Positions 12,767 to 25,712 of a stretch of DNA of 64,000 bases are shown piece by piece. The number at the start of each line of letters is the position of its first letter. Position 1 is the stretch's first letter. Source of the stretch: Carcharhinus amblyrhynchos. Lineage: Eukaryota. Under the pieces are notes generated by a model. It searched no databases. It was given only the letters and a program-made list of their open reading frames with translations, and was not told the DNA's origin. The position numbers were made by a program, and so were the translations under genes. The stretch covers positions 23,064,001 through 23,128,000 of the forward strand of contig OZ336872.1 of the NCBI GenBank assembly GCA_965287045.1. The letters are read 5' to 3'.

Positions 12767-13145
12767 GGGAAGGCAGTGGCATGGTGGTATTCTCACTGAA
12801 TAGTAATCCAAAGACCCAAAGTAATGCTCTGGGGATCTAGAGTGTGAATCCCACCATGGCAGATGGTGAAATTTGAATTCCATAAAAATCTGGAATTAAA
12901 AAGTCTACTGATGACCGTGAAACCATTGTTGATTGTCGTAAAAACCCATCTGCTTCATTAATGTCCTTTAGGGAAGGAAATCAACTGCCCTTACCTGGTC
13001 TAGCCTGCGTGTGATTCCAGACCCACATCAACGTGATTGACCCTTAAATGCCTTGAAATTGCCTGGCAAGTCACTCAGTTCAGGGGCAAAGAGGGAAGGG
13101 AAATAATTGCTGCTCCAGTCAGTGACACCCACATTAATGAATTTA
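12767..13145 (+). mobile_element. Second SINE family, full length
   Basis: gggaaggcagtggcatggtggtatt...gaatcccaccatggcagatggtgaaatttgaattc... Confidence 0.78.
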
Positions 13146-13539
13146 AAAAAAAAAGCAGTAGCTAATCCTCAGATATTTAAAATTTTCATTTTCTAGTATT
13201 TTTGGAAAGAAATAAGCAGTCCTTCAGCATCCTACATACATATATATGTATTTTGATTTAATCACAATTTAAGAACGCCTTATGCTATTGTCTATACCTT
13301 AGTTATTAACTCAGCACCCACCAAACACATCAAAGGAAATATATGATTTCTGATAAAAAATTATGGAAATTTCACGCCTTCACTGAACACTAACAAAATA
13401 CCTAAAACCTTGCATCTAAATACTTAAGCAAAGGGCAACCACCTAATACACTGCAAAGTTGCAGTTCAAGACTTTGGGAAAGGTGGTGGTAGAAAATAGG
13501 GCCAAGTTGATATTGGCTACTCTCACACACAGAAGTTGG

Positions 13540-14000
13540 GTGGCATGGTGTCACAAGAGTTAGCACTGCTGCCTCACAGTGCCAGGGGCCTGGGTTCAAT
13601 TCCAGCCTTGGGTGTCTTTCTGTGTGGAGTTTGCACATTCTCCCCGTGTCTGCATGGGTTTCCTCCGGGTGCTCCGGTTTCTTCCCACTGTCCAAAGGTG
13701 TGCAGGTTAGATGGACTGGCAATGGTAAATTGCTCTAGTGTCCTAAAATGTGTAGATTAGGGGGATTAGCCGTGGGAATAGGGTGGAGAAAGAGGGCCTG
13801 GGTAAGATACACTGTCAGAGCATTGGTACAGACTCAGTGGACCAAATGGCCTCCATCTTCACAAGAGGGATTCTATGTTAGAGGGATTAGTGGGGTAAAT
13901 ACGTGGGGTTACAGGGAAAGGGCCTGGGTGGGATTGTTGTTGGTGCAGACTTGATGGGCCAAATGGCCTCCTTCTGCACTTTAGAGATCCTATGATTCTA
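13540..14000 (+). mobile_element. HE1-like V-SINE with a doubled 3' tail
   Basis: Full head and core; two successive tails ending at about 13878 and 14000. Confidence 0.85.
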
Positions 14001-14354
14001 AGTATGCAACCCAGGCTGCCTGGTCATCCTGTTGTTGTAGGTTGCCTTAGAGCAAGTCTTCAACCATTTCAAGCAATTTTTGTTGATTTTCAATCAGGTA
14101 AATTAAAGGATACTATCCTGGTGGGAGAATACTGACAACCTCCAAATTAATACCCTAATGTCCTCCTTTGCAGTCTGTTTTCTAAAATCAGCAAATCCTC
14201 AAAATTGTGAAAACATGGGCTAAAGGGACACTGTCCTTGACAAATCGACAATAAATCACAGGGCAGCATCTGCATCTACTTTAAAGTACACATCCCGACA
14301 TTACAATCTAAACATAGTGCGTACAATAGAAAGGAGAATGAAATTGCCACGTAC

Positions 14355-15637
14355 TTATTGAAGAGATTCAGGCCAATCCGGTAGTGACGTTTTCGGATGA
14401 TATCATTGCTAAATGCAGGAGAATCCCAGCTGTTTCGAGTCTCCTTGTGATATGTTTGTTTGCTCAACGTTTGCTCTCGTAAACTGTCTCTGGAAGAGGA
14501 CTCAGAGCTACAGTTTATCGTATCGTTGGAGTTTGAAGTGCTGTTGATACTGTCATTGTCCCCATCAGAAAAATCCGACTCCGACTTGCTTTGCCGGTTT
14601 GCCGAGCCGTTGATGGCCAGGTGGCTGTCAATCTGCCGAGGCCGGTGGCGAGCGGGTTCGTCATCACGGTGGAACACTCTTGTGGGTATCGAGTGCGGAA
14701 TATGCTTGGGGCTTCCCCGCTGGCTATTCAGGCCCTGCTCGTATGCGTTCTGTCGCTTTAGTGAGCCCCTGTCCGAACGGTCACTTAAATCAACTGAACT
14801 ATCACTGGGCGGCTCGATAGTTAGTAATGGGAGATGGTCGACACGGAGCCTCGACTCCTGACACTCCAAAGATGGGGTACTCCTGCAGCTCGTGTCAGTG
14901 TCTGGCTTGTCATCCCTGTGGGTCATGGACCAGTATTCCTGGGCAGAATTGACAGACCGGAGGCGGAAGTCTGACTCTGTGCTGGATGGCCTGTCTACGG
15001 ACTGTAAAGAGACAGGAAGTGGAGGGGAAAGTTCTTCCTCGTCTATATACAGGGTGACATCACTGTACGAAGCAGACATTTCATCCAATTTTCTGCGCTC
15101 AGCCTCACGTGCAGATTTAGCGTAAGATAGGCTCTCCATCTCCTCCTCTTTTTGTAAATTTTCTTTGTAACGTTTACCCTGTTCAGTAGGTTGTCCATCG
15201 TCTGTGTGCAAGCTGCGACAATTCAGTGCATCGTCAATCGATTCTGCAAGCGACTTGACTTGCCTTGAGAAGGCATCTTCCAGCTCCGTTATCGCGTCTG
15301 CAAAATCGTTGTTCGCCGCCGGAGACTTGATCACTGCTGAGCCTCCGAGGTCCCCGCAATCCGACTGAACAATGGCTCCTACCTTTCCTGCATCGTCAGT
15401 CATGGACACCTGTTTTCCCTCAAAGAATGAGCTGTGGAGTTTCTCAGGTCCTTCAAAAGAAAACTGCATTCTCATATTGGACAGAACAATGCGCCTGGAC
15501 ATGCGGTTCTCTGACATAGAACTTCGAAGCCTTTCAAAGTTTTTGTTCATTTGATATTGGCGGAATGCAGTCTGAATGGTTCGAGCAGCATGCCTGGTTA
15601 TGAAACGTCCTCCATATTTACGTTCAAGCATCTCCAC
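14355..15637 (-). CDS. IQSEC1: IQSEC1 large exon: IQ motif, Ser-rich linker, start of Sec7 domain
   Basis: Acceptor tttcag|GTGGAGATG, donor AATAA|gtacgt, 1283 nt open. Encodes VEMLERKYGG...AARTIQTAFRQYQM (IQ motif) through RKRHYRIGLNLFNK. Confidence 0.98.
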
Positions 15638-15944
15638 CTGAAAGCAGACAAACATTTAATAATCCAATTCTTCACAGAAATTAGACCAAGCCAGAGGGTA
15701 ACTTTGCGCTGTACATGAGGTTCCAATAGTCTGAAATGGCTTAATTTCTTCATTTACAATAAATTATTCGATTTTACCACAGTGATCAGTTGCTAAATTG
15801 AATTTTAACTGGTGTGTTCAAATAAATAACAAGATAATTCATAATGGAATAAAATGGTAACTACACAGTGAAGGATCAGATAGATGAAATCTAACATTTC
15901 TTGTGAAGTAAGTAGGGCTATTTTAGTTTGAAGCTTATTTGTTA

Positions 15945-16200
15945 GTACCACAAGCTTACATTAACACTGTAATGAAGTTACAATGAAAATCCCCTAGTTG
16001 CCTCACTCCAGTGCCTCTTCGGATACCCTGAGGGGCAATTTAGCATGGCCGATGCACCTAACCAGCACATCTTTTGGACTGTAGGAGGAAACCCATGCAG
16101 GTGTAGGGAGAACATGCAAACTCAGACAGTGACCCAGGCTGGGAATCAAACCCAGGTCCCTGTACTGAGAGTGCTAATCACTGTACACTGTGTCACCCCA
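15945..16200 (-). mobile_element. HE1-like V-SINE (alternative-tail subfamily)
   Basis: ttacattaacactgtaatgaagttac...gggaatcaaacccaggtccct. Confidence 0.8.
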
Positions 16201-16214
16201 CAGTGTAGGCTATT

Positions 16215-16432
16215 CTAAAGCTAAGGTTGCCATAGTTCCAGATGACAATAGGCTTCTCTCCCCTTTGATGGGGAGAGGTGACTGGTGGCAACTTAATCTG
16301 AGGATCACCACACCTCAGGCCAGGGACAAAGTCAAGAAGAACTCATGAATAACCTCAGCTGGTACAGGGATTGAACTAGCACTGTTGGCGTCACTCTGCA
16401 TCACTAACCAGCTATCCAGCCATCTGAGCTAA
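16215..16432 (-). mobile_element. tRNA-derived SINE, third family
   Basis: Minus-strand head ttagctcagatggctggatagctgg...tagttcaatccc (A/B boxes). Confidence 0.55.
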
Positions 16433-17040
16433 AACAAACCCCCGTGTAGGTTATTCTAGATATTTGCTCGTATACATCTTTTCTTTCTCGGCATGCTGGA
16501 GTGTAAATGTATATTTTATTCCAAGGATGGTACGCCATGTGGAAATAATAGATTGGATATTGTTTCTGGGATGCCTTAAAAATTACATTCAATTACATTT
16601 GCAGAATCAGTAATCTGCCGAAACTCAAGATCAGCTTTGTCCAAGACATCCATTCCACTAACAAACTGCTTTCTTCCACCATGCAACACTTCTTATTTCT
16701 GCCCCCATCACTTATTTACCAACTGATATTAAAATCCTGAATCATTTTTTTCATTAACTCAATGACTGACATCTAAACGGTTTTCTGCTTGCTTCCCTGC
16801 ACAAGCTACAACTCATCCAAAATATTACTGCCTGCTTCTTCATCTGCCCCAAGTCCCATCCTCTCACCATCCCACTTTCTGCAAAGCTTTATTATATTTG
16901 CACTTTTCGCCCCAACATATCAATTTTAAAATTCATAATCAAATCCACCCATTTAACTTAATTCAGTGTTTTAAGTTCAAGTCTTTTTTAAAATTCATTT
17001 GTTAGTGTCACAAGCAGACTGAGATTAGCTCTGCAACAGA

Positions 17041-17283
17041 GTTACTGTGAAAATCCCCTAGTTGCAACACTCTGGCACCTGTTTGGGTACACTGAGGGAG
17101 AATTTATCATGGCCAATGCACCTAACCAGCATGTCTTTTGGACTCTGGGAAGAAACCAGATCACCCAGAGGAAACCCACGCAGACACGGGGAGAATGTGC
17201 AGACTCCACACAGACTGTGACGCAAACTGGGAATCGAACCCAGGTCCCTGGCACTGAGAGGCAGCAGTGCTGAACATTGTGCC
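17041..17283 (-). mobile_element. HE1-like V-SINE
   Basis: gaaacccacgcagacacggggagaatgtgc...gggaatcgaacccaggtccctgg. Confidence 0.85.
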
Positions 17284-17929
17284 CAGCTAGGGTGGATTTA
17301 CAATAAGTATACCTTGCCAAGGCACAGGGCCCCAACCAATGGGATGCCCTGCGGGACCTGGTACTGGAACACTCAGTCATCTCAGCTGGAGGGCCCATCA
17401 ACATGGCCAGAGTTAACCGGGCATCCAATAAGAAGGTGATCACTCCCCACATTTGTTGCTGATAGACGCAGACTCTGATGGGATGCGAACCAAAGAGCAG
17501 AAAGTAACAGTTGGCAGCTGGCACGCACAAGACCACGAGGTGAGGGACAGCGAGACAAGGGGCAGCAGGGAGGGAGAGCTTGAGAGGAAGGAATCGGTAG
17601 GTGGGTGGGGGGGAGTGGAGTTGAGTGAATGAGTAGAGTGTATGTTGTTTGTAATTCATGATCAGAATCACAGCTTTACAGTTAAAAGATGAATCTTATC
17701 TTTGCAGAGCCATAACCTGTCAGATTGACTGCTCTTTCAGATACACTATTAGCTGCCTAAAAATCAAGATCAGTTTCTCCAGCAACACGAAGTGACACCA
17801 TCGATCTGGCAACTAAAACTCATAAAATTGAAGGCGCGGCAAGAGGATGAAGCCAAGCAAAAAAACAGTTTGTCACTTTATTTTGAAAAGCTTGATGTAT
17901 TGAAACGTGGCGGAAGGAATTCAATCCGA

Positions 17930-18500
17930 AGTGTGAGGTGGCGCGTTTGGGGAGGTCAAACAAGGCAAAGAATACACAATTAAATGGGAGAACACTGAGA
18001 AGCATAGAGGAAGCAAAGGACCTTGGAATGAACCCTGAAAGTAGCTGGACGGGAGGATAAGGTGGTTAAGAAGGTATTTTTTATCAGCCAAGATAGAGAA
18101 GCTGAGCAAAGATGTTATGCTGGAACTGCAGAAACTCACAATGAAGCCACAAGCTGAGCATTGTGTGAAGTTCTGGTCACCTCATTACAGAAAGGACATC
18201 ATTGTTCTCTCACTAATACAGAGGAGATTTCTGAGGAAGCTGAACTTTTCCAGTCCTGGTAGCTATGAGAAAGATTGGATAGGCTGGGATTGTTCACCTT
18301 TGATAGAATGGATGGGAAGGGCTTTATAATAGAGAGCTCAGTTGATGAGGGGGCATGGAGTTTTAGTGACTGATGGGAAGATTAGAGGGGAGATGAGGAA
18401 TAAGTTTTTCACCTAGACAATAGCAGGGGATCCAGAATACAACCTGAAAAGGGTAGTAGAGGCAGAAACACTCAATGCATTTCAAGGTATGCTGTTATGT
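17930..18500 (+). mobile_element. Degenerate CR1 fragment
   Basis: HCVKFWSPHYRKDI remnant. Confidence 0.7.
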
Positions 18501-19590
18501 ACCTCACATGCTGTAACCAAAGATGTGCAGGTTAGGTGTATTGGCCATACTAAATTGCCCCTTAGTGTCCTGGGGCGTGTAGGTTAGAGGGATTAGCAGG
18601 GTAGATACATGGGATTGCAGAGATAGTGCTTGGGTGGGATTGTTGTTGGTGCAGCCTCGTTGGGTGGAACGGCCTCCTTCTGCACTGAAGGGGTTCTATG
18701 ATTCTAAGCTGCAGGGCTACAGACCAAAAGCTGGGGGATTGTGTTGGGTAGCTGGCTTCTCAGCTGGCATGATATTCTTCAAAAATGCAAATTATTCCTA
18801 AGACCTACATAAGATGCGATGAGACATTTTTATTTGGAGGAATCGAATCGAGTTAAAGAAGCCAAGAACAAGTTCAATCTGATGGGAAGGAGCAGTGGTA
18901 GATAGGGGGACCGTTTGGGTCTCCATTGAAGGAAGAAGCAACAGGCTTGCCGGCCACTTCATGGACTACTGAAGTATTGAAGAATTGAATGCCCAGGTGG
19001 TTAAAATAGCGGAGTGTATTAGAAGAGTCATGAGGGGAGTTGTGGAATAGGCTTGACAAGAGAGATAAAAGAGGGTTATGATAGGAAGAAATGAGTTCTG
19101 CAATAATCCTTCAAATCATCCTTAGTGTTCCAGAGCAATCTCAAAACAATCCTGTTTAGCATTTAGTAATGCAGCAATTGTTATTTTCCCTTTCCAAATT
19201 TCTCTCTGTTGCAGGAACATGCTGTGATTCTAATGAGGCTAAAAATATAAACTTATCATGCTATGATTATACACGACAGGTTCACACAGCAGCTTGGTGT
19301 GCCATTTTAGAGCTATAAAGTCCTCATTTCTTAGCGATCAAATATTGGTATGCATCCAGTTAATAAAAATAGCTCCTCCACTACAGAAAAGCACTGCCAC
19401 ATTGTCAAAGAGAGATGAATATTGTGATTCAAAGTTGTGTTTACTTGCCTTCATACTTTGTGTTAAACCTTCAACCTTAAAAATTAAGTATCATGGTTTC
19501 TTGAAGATTGAAAATTATTACTGGATGTCACTCAATGCGAACATCCATTGCTAATTTTGGTGCAATTCAAATGAGGCTGAGGGAAATGAG

Positions 19591-19850
19591 GGGTAGCACG
19601 TTGGCACAGCGGTTAGCACTGCTGCCTCTCAGCACCAGGAACCCGAGTCTGATTCCCGGCTTAGGTCACTGTCAGTGTGTGGTTCCTCTGAGTGCTCTAG
19701 TTTCCTCCCACAGTCTGAAAGACGAGCTGGTTAGGTGGACTGGCCATGCTAAATTCTCCCTCAAGTGTACCCAAACAGGCACAGCAGTGTGGCAACTAGG
19801 GAACTTTCACGTTAACTTCATTGCATTGTTAATGTAAGTCTATTTGTGAC
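19591..19850 (+). mobile_element. HE1-like V-SINE
   Basis: ggcacagcggttagcactgctgcctc...aacttcattgcattgttaatgtaag. Confidence 0.8.
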
Positions 19851-19919
19851 AAAATTTATTTTAAAGTTTATTTATTAAACTTTAAAATAAACTTTATTTT
19901 AGGGGGAGGGGAGTAGGGC

Positions 19920-20210
19920 GGAGGGAGAGATAATAGGTTTAATTTGCACGGGACAAGGTTTAAAGGAAATGTACGAGGCAAGTCTTTTTCTTGCACACAG
20001 AGGGTGATGGGTGCCTGGAACTCACTGCCAGGGGAGGTAGTGAAAGCAGATACACTAGTGACTTTTAAGGGCTTTAATTGGATAGAATGGGAATAGAGGG
20101 ATATGGTCCCCAGAAGGGTATGGGGTTTTAATTCAGACAGGCAGCATGTTCGGTGCAGGCTTGGAGGGCCGAATTGCCTGTTCCTGTACTGTATTTTCTT
20201 TGTTCAAGTC
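19920..20210 (+). mobile_element. CR1 3' end fragment
   Basis: cacagagggtgatgggtgcctggaactcactgcc...ggcttggagggccgaa; same family as 43780-44120. Confidence 0.65.
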
Positions 20211-20890
20211 AACGGGAACATAAGAACATATGTGGGCCATTCAGCCCTAAGGATATACTGCCATTCAATTTGATCATGATTGGTCTATGACTTAATTTAC
20301 TTCAACACTCTTACCTAACAAAAGTCTATGATTTTTAGTTTGAAATTTTCAGCTGACCTAGCCTCAATAGTTTTTTGGTGAAGAGCTTCAGATTTTTAAT
20401 AACTTTTTACGACAAAGTGCTTCCTTACATCACCCTAACTGTTCTGGACTTTCCCACTCGAGTAAACACTTTCCTCTTGATTTGTCCTATCAAATTCTTT
20501 CATTAGCAAAAGCACCTCAATCAGATCGCCCCTTGATCTTCATAGTAAAGGGAACATACATTCATCAAAGCCAGGATGTCAAAGCATATGTCTACAGTAA
20601 GGTCGTGGATGGCAAAGGCCTTCTTTGCCAAGTGAATGGACACTCTGAAGGTAACTGTGGAGGGGGAGTTGTCATCATTCCCCAATACATATTACAAGTT
20701 AGCCACAAGTGGAATCTAATCAAAATTATTTTAAAAAGGGGAGTGTTGTTTGAAAGTTGCAACTCGTCTTGGGAGCATGATATATACAATTCTTGCAGTA
20801 CTTCTGGGCAATTCAGAATTTATTCATTTGCCTTATGCACTGGTGTATAGACTAACGTAAAAGCCAACAGTGTGATTAGATGCTCGTTAC

Positions 20891-21173
20891 CTGTTTATCC
20901 TGCAGATCCGAGGAGAGCTCATAGCTTTCTGACAGTGATCTGGAGCGCTTGATTGCGTCTTCCTCGGCTTGTTTTCGGAGTATGGAGGTGGAATGTTGAA
21001 GCTTGGGCCGCCTCGGACGCTGCTGACCAGGTGAGGCAGGAAATGATACCAAAGATGAACCATCAAACTGGTCAGGGCTGGCAGCAGCGCTATGAGTTAT
21101 TGGACCCTGGCTGTAGCTTGAAGGGCTGTCGAGAGAGGTTCCAGTCTCGCTTCCTGGAGCATCACCCTCCACA
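20891..21173 (-). CDS. IQSEC1: IQSEC1 internal coding exon (VEGDAPGSETGTSLDSPS...ELSSDLQDKQ)
   Basis: Acceptor ttttccttttag|TGTGGAG, donor CAG|gtaacg, 283 nt. The translation resembles the IQSEC1 N-terminal region including RRPKLQHSTSILRKQAEE. Confidence 0.96.
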
Positions 21174-24100
21174 CTAAAAGGAAAACAATTCAGATCAGCA
21201 ACAAGCAGAAAACTTGTTTGTTTTACCCATTCACTGACCTAAAGATTTGCTGGAGTCAGTGACACATGAATGGAAATATAGTTAATATAAAATTACCAGG
21301 TGCATTAGTCCTATTATAAAACAGTTCAAAGTACAGATTCTTTGTGGGTGTAAAGCCACAGAATATTCAAATCCTCGAAAAGGATCAAGGTAGTTATTTC
21401 AGTTGGATGGTTCTGCGAGAATACCTCAATTCAGCCAGCAGCAGCCAAACCTTCAGCTGAAAGCAAAATTTAAAACAAACTAATTTCTTCCACAGTGATC
21501 CAACATTCTCTCCTTACCAACGCGAATCAACAAACACACATTTAAAAAAAACACAACCACGTCCGCATACGCAGCATTCTTCTCTAATATCCTTCAAAAG
21601 GTAATTTGAAAGATAACATTACATGATTGTATCCTATCATTTTACCCCTTTGTGACAACTGAAACAAGCCTGCGAAAAGAGGGTGGTGCTAATCTCATCC
21701 TGCAAGTACATTTCTTCCATTACTTTCCTGACCTTTGGAGCAACGGCAAAGCAATTATCTTTTATGGTATGCATGCAAACATCCAGGATACAGTTCAAAC
21801 AGATATCGGAGGCAATTCAGATTTGTCTTTAAAAAAAATTAATATGTTGCAGATAGAATGCATTTTAAACAAATTTAAAAAGCTAAAAAGCAAGGTAGTT
21901 GTAGATGAGTCAGATGTAAAAATCATCCTATGCGAACACTACATTAGGCATGTACTTTTTTCAAGAACTGTTCTGCAAAAAAATCAGCATGTAGCAGAAA
22001 TGTATTTGGATAAATTGCTCCCAAGAGTATTTTGCAACTTTTCATCTTTCAAGGGCTTAACGGCAGAAGAAAAATTAAGAACTGCAGGAATAATAAACGA
22101 ATGCACTTTTATATCCTCACTGAACAAGACCATCATTTGGTAGGATCTCCAACAGAAACACTAATTACAAACAAAATAAAAGCAATAGGTTTTCCCTTTC
22201 GGACCAAATGAAAATTCACCATTGAATGGAGTTGAAGAGTTTGCACCAACAGTTAACGCAGTTAAACAGCAGTAAGGCCCTTATTAATCTAAGCCGGAAA
22301 CAAAATTAAGATGGATAGTAAATGCCTTTGTGCAAGCGTTGCAGAATTTTAATTTAAAATGATCCCCAGTGGCACTGATGGGTAGCCCAGAACCTGAAGG
22401 AGTTTCTGATGTTGACCATTGTAGGGTGCAGACTACAACCACTTACCTCGGCTTCACAAAATGTGCTTGATGTTCTTTGGTTTTAAAATTTAGCTACCAA
22501 AAAGTTCCCTTTTGTCACAGTTATGCGCAGGATTACCAAATGCATTTTTTACCACCTATTTTACACTGCAGTTTTGAAATAATTGGTACTGCATTCGCTG
22601 AGGACTTCTTCCCTTCATCACTGAATTTCTAATTGCCATCGTTCACCACAGTTTGAAAACTGGTTCCAATCGCGGTACTGTACACTGAATCAGTATCAAT
22701 GTATCTTAAATGTCTGGCCCTGGTGGGAGCATCAATCTAATTCTGCAAGACAAACTCTTGAATTCAAACACTTTTCAATTATTTGCTTCAGCTTCTCCTG
22801 TCTCAGAGAAATATTCTATAACTGCCATAATACTATGTTCTGGAAATTGTGACATTGCAGGAGAATGGAAAATATACTACAATGATGCAAATGCATAAGG
22901 GAAGAAAATATATCCTTGTATCTTAAATTAAATCTGCAGGAAGGACACAAATCACACATTCATGTGGGGCATACTGGATATGTTGAAACTGTTCTGGGTA
23001 ATATCTATGAAGGGAACACCCAAGATATTTTAATCCTATTCAGTGCGTGAGCTTATATCCAAAGTCATATTCTGATAACAAACCCAAATCATTTCATTCA
23101 GTGCTTGGTAATGAATAAACCATGGGTTTACTTAGTCATTTAATATAAGAAATCAATTATTCAGTATAGAGTAGACAAGTTTCTCTTTGCACAAGAAGCA
23201 ATGGGGTTAGCTGCTTCACAACAATCTCAGTTTCTGCAAAATGTTCTTTGGAGGAAGGGGAATGGGGCAAAAAAAAGTAGAAAGGGGGTAGAGGTAGACA
23301 CAGCAAACAAAAAGATGAAAAAAGCTTCATATTTATTAGCGAGATTACATAGAGTTAAAATCTTTTCACGTAATACTTTTCTTGATAATAGATTAATTTT
23401 TTAAAATCCCAAATAAAGGTAACAATCTGCATCTAATTTTGCTTGGCACAATCTACCTTTAGGAAAGTCTAGAATATACTTAGACAGCAGGAGAAGAATT
23501 TGAAGGCTGGTGAGCGATTGGCACTGCCATCCCAAAAGTCAGTGCCTAACGTACAGACAATGATTCTCAAACTCCCACTGTCACTTAACACTCACTTAAG
23601 TGTTGGTTGGCAGGAGGTAGGATTTCCATCCATCCTTGGAAGGAAGTTCTATCCGTGAGTGCCAAATTGGCCGACAGGTCTTCAACATGGCCAGCATAGT
23701 GCTGCAGTGGCCAAAACTGGTACTGCAGTGCTCTGCCTGTAACTATGCCCTCAGGCCTTTGAAAAGGTAAGTCCTGAGGGAGGGGGGAAGGAGGGAGGGA
23801 GGATTGGGGGAGGGGGAAGGGAGGCAGGATTGGGGGGGGGTGCAATGGGGTCAGCCGCTGGTGTTTGGGAGGGAGGGAGATTGTAGCTTCAGGGCTCCAG
23901 TACGACAGGTTCCAGAGCTCCAACATCCCATGGGGAAAAACTCTGAGGTGGCCTCAAGAGTGAGGCACCCATCACGCAACCCCCCCCCCCCCTTCTCACC
24001 AGAGATGGAGAAAAGTTTAAACATTTTCCTACCTTAACTGCACCCACCAGCCTAAAAATGGAATCAGGAAAATGCCCTGAAGAGGGTGCTTCACGGTCTT

Positions 24101-24932
24101 AATAGGTGAATGGGTGGGCTTCCTGTCCAGGGTCCTGTCAGCCTAAGCATGAAATTGTGTCTAGGTTTGGGCAGGTGGGTTCCTGGGGGAATCCCATCTC
24201 TTCAATTTTACCCTCCACACACACACACCCACCCACCCCACCACCCCTTCCCCTCGTCCAAACTGCCTCAGAACCCAACTTGGGATCGGGGAGGGGGAAG
24301 AGGTTGAGTAAAATTTGGTTCTGCTGGTCCTTTAAATGGGTCAGGTGACTTTGGCCAGGCAAAGAGTCCAAGCCAACTATCCACTGTTATAATGCATAAC
24401 TGGCAGCAGCCACAGCAACAGGAAAAAATACTGCTCCTGTTTGAAGCAAAGCAGTATTATGGAATGTTAAACAGTATTGAAAGCTTTGTTGGACATTTGT
24501 TCACAATTTACTCTTATTGCAGTAAGACTCTGATTTTCTTTCCCCCAACACATGAGTACAGCAGCACAGTAATTTAGTTACCGGACCAACAATAAAGACC
24601 TGAGCTAGGAAAGTTCAAATCCAATCTTGGCAGCTGAAGACTATAATATGGCATTAAAAAAAGTTTAGAAATAAAAACCGGATATCAGTAAACATGATTA
24701 TAATTGGCATTCCTTCAGGGAAGGAACCCTAGTTGAACTGTTTTATTTGATTGCAGTCCCACGCCCGTGATATTGTCATTTACTTGTCCTATGAAGCTAC
24801 AATTGAATGAAAACTGTTTGCAACAGTTCAAGGTGAGCCCAGCACTTTCAGTTCAGGGTAACTGTGGATGAATAATAAATGCCAGCTTCTCCAATAAGTG
24901 GCTGACAGGTTAAGACAGTGATTCCAAAACAT

Positions 24933-25068
24933 GGCCAGAATTCTCTGGCCTTTCATGCCCCACCGTCACTGCAAATGTAGATGGAGAATTCACCACTCTA
25001 CCAAATCTCCGTTCATTGCAGCGGGACCAGAGAATCCCACCAGTGTGAATAGTTGGAAAATCCTGGCC
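24933..25068. mobile_element. MITE (PIF/Harbinger-like)
   Basis: Imperfect TIRs ggccagaattct / aaaatcctggcc with CAT on both flanks; a related copy lies at about 33760-33880. Confidence 0.5.
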
Positions 25069-25712
25069 CATATTATTGCTAACCCACTCATTCAGAGATT
25101 CCCACCCCATCCTCAATCTCATTTGAGAAAAAAAACAAAGGAAAAGGAAATTTGCCCTGGTGTAAAATAGGATGCTGCATTGCTATGCCTCCACTACGCA
25201 ATCCTGGGCAAAAACTAACTCCGCCCATTGTCCAGATTTTTCCCATTGAGAAAATATTATTTTCTCGGCTAATGTAATAGTTTGAGATAAAAAGTAACAA
25301 ATAGTAGAATACCACGATTACATAAATAGTAGAATACCGCCAACCGAATAAACTTAGAAACATAATCAAACATTTGACCACTCGTCCCTATGATTCGGAG
25401 GAGCCTATGTGCCAACACACAAGTTATTTCAGGTCTGGGGAGTTTCGAACGCTGGATTAAACCTGGATCGTTACGAAAGAACATGTGAAATAGGAGAAGG
25501 GTTTGTCCATAATTTCCCCACAAGCCTGCTCCAGCATTTAATGCCATGGCTGATTCTCTACTTCAACTATTCCACCTGACCCTTATACCCCTCCCCTTTT
25601 AGTGCAAGAATATCAATTTTAGCCTTGAGCCAAGCCACTTTTGAATCCAACTTTCAACATTCCCCTGGATCCCTCCGTTGATTTTTTTTTAAACCAGTAT
25701 GGGCCATCAAAT

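Noticed and set aside
14460-15554. Plus-strand ORFs overlapping the large IQSEC1 exon
   Set aside because: Antisense shadows of coding sequence, with no independent signals.
17042-17671. 209-aa minus-strand ORF
   Set aside because: Runs through a SINE and low-complexity DNA; no recognisable domain.
21652-22143. 163-aa plus-strand ORF
   Set aside because: Non-ATG start, no recognisable motif, antisense within an intron.
23600-24320. GC-rich stretch resembling a promoter (similar stretches at about 56150-56690 and 62500-63030)
   Set aside because: Poor in CpG and resembles decayed non-autonomous DNA-transposon repeats; boundaries not definable by eye.
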